Part shown: in pieces, positions 56,469 to 64,000 of the stretch
Numbering within the stretch: position 1 is the first letter of the stretch
How the letters are laid out: every line of letters begins with the position of its first letter
IMG/VR virus record: IMGVR_UViG_3300033146_003955
Coordinates: 64,001-128,000 of that record
Reading direction: 5' to 3' (one strand)
From: a virus
Length of the DNA: 64,000 bases
The notes under the pieces: generated by a model
Database searches by the model: none
What the model saw: only the letters and a program-made list of their open reading frames with translations
What the model was told of the DNA's origin: nothing
Position numbers and translations under genes: made by a program

Positions 56469-59400
56469 TTATTTTCTCCATGCCAATTCTATTGTAAAGA
56501 CAGCATCATGTAATGCAGCTCCTTGATTAGTAACATATACACTAATATAATCACCTTCATTTAAATCATAATTTAAGGAATTATTTAATACTTTACCGTT
56601 TGAATCTGTATTTAAAGAGAAGGCTAAATTACCATTTACTTCTACCTGTATTTCTTTATTATTTATTGAATTAGAGGTTTCTACTGATACTCCTAATATA
56701 CATGCATCATGCAACATTTTAATTCCTGATCTCCAATCCTTCATCCCTCCAGGTAAAGATAACGTTGTACCATCAGAATTATTATTTTTTGCGTATACTA
56801 CCAACTTTGAAGGACTCAACCATTTATTCCTATTGCCATCATATATATAAAGTATATTATCTATAATTGATATCTGTCCTGCACCAAGATTAGTAGTTGG
56901 AGTAGCTGCTAAACTAGTTAATTCTAATGGTGCGTCTGTTGAGGTCGAAGCATTTAATTTTACCGGTCCATCATCAACTGTAATTTCTTTTCCATTATCA
57001 TATGCTTCATCTAATGTCGAGGAGGTTAAACTTACCTGATTTCTTAATTCTTGTAAAGCGTCTTGTACGTTATTAGATGTTATACCACCAATAAGAGATA
57101 CACCGATCAATGCTGCTCCCGATATTCCGGAATCTGAGTTTAGCTCACTCTCAGTATAATATCTATCGTCGTGTATATGAACTAAATTAGCTTTTCCAGC
57201 TAGAAGACTATTTATTTCATTTTCTGTATAATATCTATCGTCATGTAAGTGAGTTGTAAGTGAATAATTACTTAAAAAAGTATCTATTTCACTTTCTGTA
57301 TAATATAAATTATCATGGTTGTGTACTAAAGTGGCATATCCTAAAAGAATAGTATCAACTTCTGTTTCTGTATAATATAGAGTATTCAGTTGTCCACCAT
57401 TTAATTCTACTTTAGAATAATAATTTGATACTATTTCACTTTCTGTATAATATCTATCATCATGTGTATGGGAAGTTAAAGAATAGTTATCTAAGAGGGT
57501 ATCAACTTCTGTTTCTGTATAATACCTATCATCGTGTGTATGGGAAGTTAAAGAATAATTACTTAATAAAGTATCAACTTCTGTTTCTGTATAATACCTA
57601 TCATCATGTGTATGAGATGTCAAAGAATAGTTATCTAAGAGGGTATCAACTTCTGTTTCTGTATAATACCTATCATCATGTATATGAGATGTTAAAGAAT
57701 AATTACTTAATAAAGTATCAACTTCTGTTTCTGTATAATATCTGTCATCATGTATATGAGATGTAAGAGAGTAGTTATTTAGGAGAGTATCAACTTCTGT
57801 TTCTGTATAATATCTGTCATCATGTATATGAGATGTAAGAGAGTAGTTATTTAGGAGAGTATCAACTTCTGTTTCTGTATAATATAAACTATCATGGTGA
57901 TGTCTGCTGGATGCATCATTACCATCAACTAAATCAGATTTTTCATATCTATTTATATGTCTATAATCTTCTGTGTCTAATCCTAATAATGAATTATGAA
58001 AAATTCCTCCATTATTAAAATCCAACCAAACCCACTCTGTTCCATCCCATCTATAAAAACCTTCTTCTCTATATCCAGTAAATTGTTCATTGTTAACAAG
58101 CTCTTGTAATTGAATATCAGAATAAGTTGATTTTTCTAAAAACAATTCATCTATTTCACCATCTATTCTATGACTATAATATTTACCGATATCAAGTACA
58201 TTAGGAATATTCCCTAAAGGACCATCAAAGACACCTTGTCCTATTACTATTGCATTCTTCCATAATTTTATTGTTGTTCCATCAAATGTTATTGCTACAT
58301 GCGTCCATTCGTTTAATTTTATTCTTGAATATGATATTACTTTTATTAAAGGAGTTGTTTCGCTTTTTAACCACACTTCAACTCTACCATCTCTAATTAA
58401 CAAAGCCCAAGCATTAGCAGAAGAACCATTGCCCCAAGCATCAAATATAGACATAACCTGATCATATGAGTTAGGTTTAAGCCAACAACCAGCAGTAAAT
58501 GCCCCACCAACATTAAAATCAGGAGAGTTCGGAACTCTTACATATCCATCATTTAAATCACCTGACTGGCCGTTTCTGCCTGCTTGATAAGTTATTCCAC
58601 CACCGTGGTAACTAGTTGGGTGGCCTATCTCATCATTAATATTATTATCAAATTTCATAAAAAAAGCAGTATTACTATTTTGTACATATGCTCCACCATA
58701 GTTTGGTGGTTCAGGAATTCCATTTCTTTCCCTTACAATGTAGACATCTCCTTCGGTATTTCCAGTTAAAGGTAAATCTCTAAATTGATCATGTGAACCT
58801 TTAATTCCTTTAGACTCTAGACCAACAAGCATTGAATCAATCGTCGGCTTATCATAATAATTGTTTACAATTTCTGTTTCTGTGTAATAAAGAGTATTTA
58901 ACTGTCCGCTATCCAACTCAATTTTAGAATAATAATTAGTAGATATTTCACTTTCTGTAAAATATCTATCATCGTGAGTATGTAAAACAGTATTATTTCC
59001 ACCTGTAAGTTCAGTGTATTCTAGAGCTGTTAAATGTAGATAATCTCCAATATTTAAATTATTTAATGAATTATGATCTGAAGTACCTATATTATTAGCA
59101 AGAAAAGTCCAGCCACTTCCGTCCCATCTATAAAAACCTTCTTCATTTATGCCTACAGTTGTTTTGACTATATATATAGTTCCTATGTTTTGCGTTATAG
59201 GAAGATTACTATAAGTATCTACATATCCTTTAATTCCAAATGAAGCAGCTGCAATTATTAAATCAATTTCATTTTCTGTATAATATCTATCGTCATGTAT
59301 ATGAGATGTCAAAGAATAATTACTTAATAAAGTATCAACTTCTGTTTCTGTATAATACCTATCATCGTGTATGTGAGATGTAAGAGAGTAGTTATTTAGG

Positions 59401-60011
59401 AGAGTATCAACTTCTGTTTCTGTGTAATATAGAGTATTCAGTTGTCCATCATTTAATTCTACTTTAGAATAATAATTTGATACTATTTCACTTTCAGTAA
59501 AATATCTATCATCATGAACATGAGTTGTAAGAGAGTAATTATTTAAGAGAGTATCAACTTCTGTTTCTGTATAATATCTGTCGTCATGTATATGAGGCGT
59601 TGCAGGAAATGTTGCAGGAGTATTTACTATATTAGTCCAATCAACTTGTGATTGTCCCGGGGATAAAAGTTCCGCTTTCCTGTAATACCAATCATCATGA
59701 TGATGCCAATTACATTGAGTACCCGACGTTAAAGAAAGAGCTTGCATGTCTGTAAGATTATTTACTTCAGCACCTTCTTCTATTGTATCTAATTTATCTC
59801 CGTCTACAGATACATCTCGGCCATCTATTATCATTGTATGAGGATCTAATTGATGTTCATCATCACGCATAATAAATATTGGTATTTGCGCGTCTACTAA
59901 TTGCCCAGTATGTTGTTCTCCACCTAATTCATGGGGTGAGGACATAATATCAACCGGTAAACGGTGATTGATTGGTGGGATGCCGTCAAGTTCGTTTATA
60001 TTAAAAGGCAC
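56469..60011 (-). CDS. Long tail fibre with HxHDDRYYTETE repeats and LamG domain
   Basis: Many 22-aa repeats; WTHVAITFDG; TAAAGATAA and GAGGAG upstream. Confidence 0.85.
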   Translation of the reverse strand: MPFNINELDGIPPINHRLPVDIMSSPHELGGEQHTGQLVDAQIPIFIMRDDEHQLDPHTMIIDGRDVSVDGDKLDTIEEGAEVNNLTDMQALSLTSGTQCNWHHHDDWYYRKAELLSPGQSQVDWTNIVNTPATFPATPHIHDDRYYTETEVDTLLNNYSLTTHVHDDRYFTESEIVSNYYSKVELNDGQLNTLYYTETEVDTLLNNYSLTSHIHDDRYYTETEVDTLLSNYSLTSHIHDDRYYTENEIDLIIAAASFGIKGYVDTYSNLPITQNIGTIYIVKTTVGINEEGFYRWDGSGWTFLANNIGTSDHNSLNNLNIGDYLHLTALEYTELTGGNNTVLHTHDDRYFTESEISTNYYSKIELDSGQLNTLYYTETEIVNNYYDKPTIDSMLVGLESKGIKGSHDQFRDLPLTGNTEGDVYIVRERNGIPEPPNYGGAYVQNSNTAFFMKFDNNINDEIGHPTSYHGGGITYQAGRNGQSGDLNDGYVRVPNSPDFNVGGAFTAGCWLKPNSYDQVMSIFDAWGNGSSANAWALLIRDGRVEVWLKSETTPLIKVISYSRIKLNEWTHVAITFDGTTIKLWKNAIVIGQGVFDGPLGNIPNVLDIGKYYSHRIDGEIDELFLEKSTYSDIQLQELVNNEQFTGYREEGFYRWDGTEWVWLDFNNGGIFHNSLLGLDTEDYRHINRYEKSDLVDGNDASSRHHHDSLYYTETEVDTLLNNYSLTSHIHDDRYYTETEVDTLLNNYSLTSHIHDDRYYTETEVDTLLSNYSLTSHIHDDRYYTETEVDTLLDNYSLTSHTHDDRYYTETEVDTLLSNYSLTSHTHDDRYYTETEVDTLLDNYSLTSHTHDDRYYTESEIVSNYYSKVELNGGQLNTLYYTETEVDTILLGYATLVHNHDNLYYTESEIDTFLSNYSLTTHLHDDRYYTENEINSLLAGKANLVHIHDDRYYTESELNSDSGISGAALIGVSLIGGITSNNVQDALQELRNQVSLTSSTLDEAYDNGKEITVDDGPVKLNASTSTDAPLELTSLAATPTTNLGAGQISIIDNILYIYDGNRNKWLSPSKLVVYAKNNNSDGTTLSLPGGMKDWRSGIKMLHDACILGVSVETSNSINNKEIQVEVNGNLAFSLNTDSNGKVLNNSLNYDLNEGDYISVYVTNQGAALHDAVFTIELAWRK
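57200..57900 (-). repeat. 66-nt coding repeats (HxHDDRYYTETEVDTLLxNYSLTS)
   Basis: Seven near-identical units plus degenerate ones; second block at about 58860-59600. Confidence 0.9.
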
Positions 60012-60059
60012 GTATATTCTCCTCTACTATATTTACAATTATCTTTATAGCTGGGAAAG

Positions 60060-60305
60060 TTATTTATTGAATTTGAATAATGTATATAAAAGTTGTTTTC
60101 CTATATCTAATTCTTCTTTAGTAGGGGAATCGATAAATAATTCATCACCATCAAGTAAATTTTTCACAACACTGTTTATTCCTTGTTGAAATTTTATGAC
60201 GCCATCAAAAAAACGAATTTGTAATATAGCAGCGTGCATAACACCTATTACTTCTAACCTCTTGCTAGTACGATGGCGAAAATTACCTTGTATAATGTAC
60301 ATCAT
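60060..60305 (-). CDS. Small protein, C-terminal tag family (KQLLYTLFK)
   Basis: GAGG SD. Confidence 0.6.
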   Translation of the reverse strand: MMYIIQGNFRHRTSKRLEVIGVMHAAILQIRFFDGVIKFQQGINSVVKNLLDGDELFIDSPTKEELDIGKQLLYTLFKFNK

Positions 60306-60547
60306 ATAAATATTCCTCTAAAAATACTCTCAAATGCATTTGGATAAGCTTTAGATAAAGGTGTAGTATAATTCATAACATCTAAATCTTTTAAATAATG
60401 TATTACACACTCAGGTTCTTTAACATGAACATCACTAGCAAACACACTCATATCATAGTAAAATTCGTCGTCATCCTTCTCAGCCACAAAGCGATAGAAT
60501 TCAAATTGTTTAGCTATATGGTTATAGTGATAATACCATTCATCCAT
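60302..60547 (-). CDS. Small protein, C-terminal tag family (AFESIF/IFRGIF)
   Basis: TAATG coupling. Confidence 0.6.
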   Translation of the reverse strand: MDEWYYHYNHIAKQFEFYRFVAEKDDDEFYYDMSVFASDVHVKEPECVIHYLKDLDVMNYTTPLSKAYPNAFESIFRGIFI

Positions 60548-60792
60548 TATTTTTCGCCCTTCTCCTTATGTATTACAAATAATTCATCTCTCTTCTTATT
60601 CAGCTTGGAGGCAACATAAGCTTTTCTATTTTTAGAAGCATTCTCCCTCTCCATCTTCATAAATTCCTTTCCCACCTTATCTAAATATTTATCCAACTCT
60701 TTATCATCTATGGAGTAGTGATCTGTCCAGGTTTTATCTGGCTGAGCGAAGTGATTTTGTTGTAATTTATGTATATCTTTTGGACTTGCCAT
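60547..60792 (-). CDS. Small basic protein
   Basis: AAGGAG SD. Confidence 0.65.
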   Translation of the reverse strand: MASPKDIHKLQQNHFAQPDKTWTDHYSIDDKELDKYLDKVGKEFMKMERENASKNRKAYVASKLNKKRDELFVIHKEKGEK

Positions 60793-60802
60793 TATTTACT
60801 CC

Positions 60803-61136
60803 TTAAAATTTAAAATTCTCTGGTTCTTCAAATATGAAATATACCAAAGATCGTACTGCATCTACATCATCCTCTATTCCCTCAACATCATCATCAGAGA
60901 GGGTAAATTCAAAGTCTGCCGTTGGTGGAGAAGGTATTCTTATCCTAGCAGTCTTTCTATAATTTGCTATTCTATCTTTATGTTCTTGCGTTCTTCCATC
61001 ATAGATTAAATCAATATAATTCACTATTGTAGTCTGATTTGGTTCCTGTTCCCTTTGTTTTCTCTTGCCAACAGTAAAAGATTCATCACTCTTATAATAT
61101 GTTATTACATATGTTTATTACATATGTTTGTTCCAT
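60803..61136 (-). pseudogene. C-terminal tag family gene (SLVYFIFEE) frameshifted by a 13-nt duplication
   Basis: Removing one attacatatgttt copy (61104-61129) gives MEQTYVITYYKSDE...TTIVNYIDL in one frame. Confidence 0.65.
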
Positions 61137-61138
61137 AA

Positions 61139-61432
61139 TTAATCCACTATCTGTTCAGAGAGGCTGTATTTGAAAATGAAGTCAAAATATAATCTCTCTT
61201 TCGTTATTTTATAATTTCTCTCTATAGGAACAAGTTCATCTTCCTTCCCTTTAATTATACCATATCTTATATGCTTGCTATAGTTTATCATCCTTTCGCC
61301 TTTAATAATCCAGCCCCATTGGTTGAAATAATTATAATCATCCCATTCGCCAGACTTCTCATATACTAAAATTTTAAGAGAATCTCCTTGCTTATCGTCA
61401 TAGAGATACCAGGTACCAACTTCAAGTTTCAT
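61139..61432 (-). CDS. Small protein, C-terminal tag family (LYFDFIFK)
   Basis: MKLEVGTWY start; TAATG coupling. Confidence 0.65.
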   Translation of the reverse strand: MKLEVGTWYLYDDKQGDSLKILVYEKSGEWDDYNYFNQWGWIIKGERMINYSKHIRYGIIKGKEDELVPIERNYKITKERLYFDFIFKYSLSEQIVD

Positions 61433-61788
61433 TATTTACCAGCACCACGAATCCAATCATTCATAACTTTATTAAGAAATGCTGATCTGGAAGATACTTT
61501 ACCTTGAGGTGCTATTTTAGAATACTTCCTCTGTATTGCTTTAATGTGTTCTTCCCCAACTTTTCTAAGTTGATTACCATCCATTTTAGCATATCTTTTT
61601 AAATCTTGTGGAAGAAGGAGAGCTCTTACCTGATCATAACCCTTATTAAATTCATTAGCAATTTTTTTACTAATTTCATCACCTGAATTATTTAAAGCTC
61701 TTAATTCTTTAACGCGTGTTTTTAAATCTTTAATTTTATTATTTACTTTGTCTTCGTTTAACTGAAAATCAAACATATCTAATTTCAT
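61432..61788 (-). CDS. Small basic protein with FQLNE leader (possible head internal protein)
   Basis: AAGGAG SD. Confidence 0.65.
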   Translation of the reverse strand: MKLDMFDFQLNEDKVNNKIKDLKTRVKELRALNNSGDEISKKIANEFNKGYDQVRALLLPQDLKRYAKMDGNQLRKVGEEHIKAIQRKYSKIAPQGKVSSRSAFLNKVMNDWIRGAGK

Positions 61789-61802
61789 ATTAATTCTCCT
61801 TG

Positions 61803-61955
61803 TTATTTAAATATTCTCATTACAATTCTATACTTATTATCATTTAACATCTTAGCAACTCCGGTGTTACCCATTTTTCTAGATTTATATGTATATGTAA
61901 AACCACCAATCCATTTTATTTTATCACTAAATTCCATATATTTATCTTTATACAT
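61803..61955 (-). CDS. Small protein, C-terminal tag family (RIVMRIFK)
   Basis: Likely start MYKDKY overlapping the upstream stop. Confidence 0.45.
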   Translation of the reverse strand: MYKDKYMEFSDKIKWIGGFTYTYKSRKMGNTGVAKMLNDNKYRIVMRIFK

Positions 61956-62310
61956 TCTCAAATAAAAGATTGAAAAATTCAACTGGATTACGTTTATATT
62001 CTTTATAAAATTTCTCGTAAGCTTCTTCAAGAGAGGATTGAAAATATTCATCCCAGTCTAGCGGGTCTATATCACTAGGATGATGATATTGATTAGCAAG
62101 AATATCTGATGGTATTAAATTCTCTAATCCTTTAAGCTGGAAATTATAATCCCAATCATCTGAATCTGTTTCTATACATATACATTTAATTATAATAGGC
62201 CAAAGATATTGTTTTCCTTTTACATCTGTAGGGAATCTATCAGCAATATAATAGGTTTTCCCTTTTTCAAACTCTATTTTTTTACCATCTTTTTTAAATT
62301 TATAAATCAT
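61948..62310 (-). CDS. Small protein, C-terminal tag family (EFFNLLFE)
   Basis: AGGA SD. Confidence 0.65.
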   Translation of the reverse strand: MIYKFKKDGKKIEFEKGKTYYIADRFPTDVKGKQYLWPIIIKCICIETDSDDWDYNFQLKGLENLIPSDILANQYHHPSDIDPLDWDEYFQSSLEEAYEKFYKEYKRNPVEFFNLLFENV

Positions 62311-62433
62311 GTTTATTCCTATAGTAGTATTATGTTTATATAAGATCTATTTATTATATATTTATCAGTTCATCTCGTGAACACTAGCGTTCATAGTATG
62401 AAGACACTCTTCACTATATGAATATACGTTCAT

Positions 62434-62931
62434 TTAGTGAATATCAATTTCTATGCCTTCAACTGTACCATCAATACCTCTCGTTAAAGTTTGCGTTTCA
62501 GTTTCTATCAGTTCATCGTCATCATCATATATTTCGGATACGATTTCTACAACTGCGCCATTTATATTTCTTATTATACTTTCTTCGCGTAATATTCTCG
62601 TTTTAGCAGCATCTTTAAAGTATGTAATTTTTGATGTTTTGCCAGCAATTTTCTCTGTATCAAATATTGAATCGTCTGCTACATTATGTGCATGGGCGTC
62701 AACTTGACGGTGTGTAAAGTCATTCAACTTCTTTATATATCTAATTAGCACCTTATAAGTTATATTTACACCATCTAATTTTATAGTTAATAGAGTCGAT
62801 TCAAGATCTATAGAATTTATTATTTGTTTATCAGTAAACATTTCAATATCTAAGCTTTCTCCTGTTTCCAACTCAATTCCTAAATCATTTATAGTTATGG
62901 TGTTGGATGTTTCATTAACTAATTCAAGCAT
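62434..62931 (-). CDS. Probable virion protein with shared N-terminal anchor domain
   Basis: AGGAG then MLELVNETSNTITINDLGIEL; HAH motif. Confidence 0.65.
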   Translation of the reverse strand: MLELVNETSNTITINDLGIELETGESLDIEMFTDKQIINSIDLESTLLTIKLDGVNITYKVLIRYIKKLNDFTHRQVDAHAHNVADDSIFDTEKIAGKTSKITYFKDAAKTRILREESIIRNINGAVVEIVSEIYDDDDELIETETQTLTRGIDGTVEGIEIDIH

Positions 62932-63163
62932 TTTTTCTCCCAAATCGAAATTGCTTATTACTAAATATAGATTCAAATATCCATTCTTTAAAATATATTT
63001 CGTCTTCTACACTTAATAATTTATAGCCAGCTTCTTTTAAAGAAGTAGCTCCTCTTTTTACGTTTAAAACAGAAATTTCAATTATTCCCTCATATATATG
63101 TAAATCTTTATCCATAATATATACACTCCAATAAAGATCATCCATATCACCCCAAATTATCAT
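62924..63163 (-). CDS. Small protein, C-terminal tag family (WIFESIF)
   Basis: ATGA overlap. Confidence 0.6.
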   Translation of the reverse strand: MIIWGDMDDLYWSVYIMDKDLHIYEGIIEISVLNVKRGATSLKEAGYKLLSVEDEIYFKEWIFESIFSNKQFRFGRKNA

Positions 63164-63963
63164 TTAGTATTCCACCTTTCCATCATTTTCCAAGCTGTTA
63201 ACATATAATGAGCTTCTAAATCTCCTAGATCATTTATTTCAGTGTTGTAATGATTATCCTTTTTCAATTTATTAAAATCTTTAATTATTTGTTGTTTGTG
63301 ATAGTGATAACCCTTCCCGTAAGTTTTAGTATGATATAGACCTATTTCACCATAGTCGTTTTTCTTTCTCTCAACTCGAGTATAGTAAGCATTTTTACCA
63401 CCTTCAAAGTAGTTGTATGTTATTCTTACTCTACGTTTTGTAATTTCTATAAAGTCAACATAGTAATCTATATTTTTCATTTTCTCAACTAAAGTATCAA
63501 ATAATTTTTGAAATTCTTTTCTCTGGAATGAGAATCTAAATTCATCTAAATATACACCTATTTCTAATCCAGCATCTCGTATTGGTTTCTCTATACGTTC
63601 GCGAAAAAATTCGTCATTCGATTTAATTTCTATAATATTATTACTACTATAATTTTTTTTAAATATAGGATGTATTTTTAATAATGTTTTCATTATTAAA
63701 TTTACACCTTTTAATTTTGGTCTTTTATTTATGTAAGGATCATTATAGCTTTTTATTCTTGCATCTTTAAAATAATCATATAAATTATCAGGGTCAACCT
63801 CAATTATAGGAGCAAGAAATTTAAAAACTTCATCAAATACATCATATGTAGTTTTATTTGTTGTATGGATGGGTTTAATATTCATAATATAATCTAATTC
63901 TTGTTTTTCACTTTTACCATTTCTATTATATATGAATGTAGGTTTATAATATAATTTATTCAA
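63160..63963 (-). CDS. Hypothetical protein, may extend beyond window
   Basis: 267-aa ORF at the right edge. Confidence 0.6.
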   Translation of the reverse strand: MNKLYYKPTFIYNRNGKSEKQELDYIMNIKPIHTTNKTTYDVFDEVFKFLAPIIEVDPDNLYDYFKDARIKSYNDPYINKRPKLKGVNLIMKTLLKIHPIFKKNYSSNNIIEIKSNDEFFRERIEKPIRDAGLEIGVYLDEFRFSFQRKEFQKLFDTLVEKMKNIDYYVDFIEITKRRVRITYNYFEGGKNAYYTRVERKKNDYGEIGLYHTKTYGKGYHYHKQQIIKDFNKLKKDNHYNTEINDLGDLEAHYMLTAWKMMERWNTK

Positions 63964-64000
63964 TTCAGGTTTAAATTCTAAACGTAAGACTGTACCGCTC

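Noticed and set aside
1-64000. Eukaryotic giant virus, Borg or cellular chromosome origin
   Set aside because: SD sites, intrinsic terminators and contractile-tail genes indicate a bacteriophage; no cellular housekeeping operons
1-64000. tRNA, rRNA or self-splicing introns
   Set aside because: No cloverleaf or sizeable structured intergenic gap recognised by eye; tRNAscan-SE/Infernal would be needed to exclude them

Overview
A very AT-rich, gene-dense segment of a large (probably jumbo) contractile-tailed dsDNA phage with distant T4-like genes. It carries RNase H/5'-3' exonuclease, a gp2-like end protector, RuvC, dTMP kinase, tape measure, hub, gp53-like wedge, gp5-like spike, LamG tail fibres and several free-standing homing endonucleases. 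A STAS/Zn-ribbon protein and an SLT transglycosylase resemble spirochaete proteins, suggesting a Spirochaetota host. Main unexplained structure: (1) two MoxR-AAA + HExxH metallopeptidase/VWA modules, one conventional and one split into three genes whose products carry I/L-x-E prohead-protease-like leaders, so possibly head-packaged; (2) two recurrent upstream motifs, GCATA-N9-ATG and (T/A)AAGATAA, the latter often in the loop of an RBS-occluding hairpin; (3) two families of small unrelated proteins sharing short terminal tags (AK-x-LL; C-terminal hydrophobic-hydrophobic-x-x-hydrophobic-F); (4) a Csx15-like gene outside any CRISPR locus (candidate anti-type III factor); (5) several genes broken by short tandem duplications or single-base changes. 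No tRNA, rRNA or CRISPR array was seen. All family assignments come from motif recognition by eye; no searches were run.
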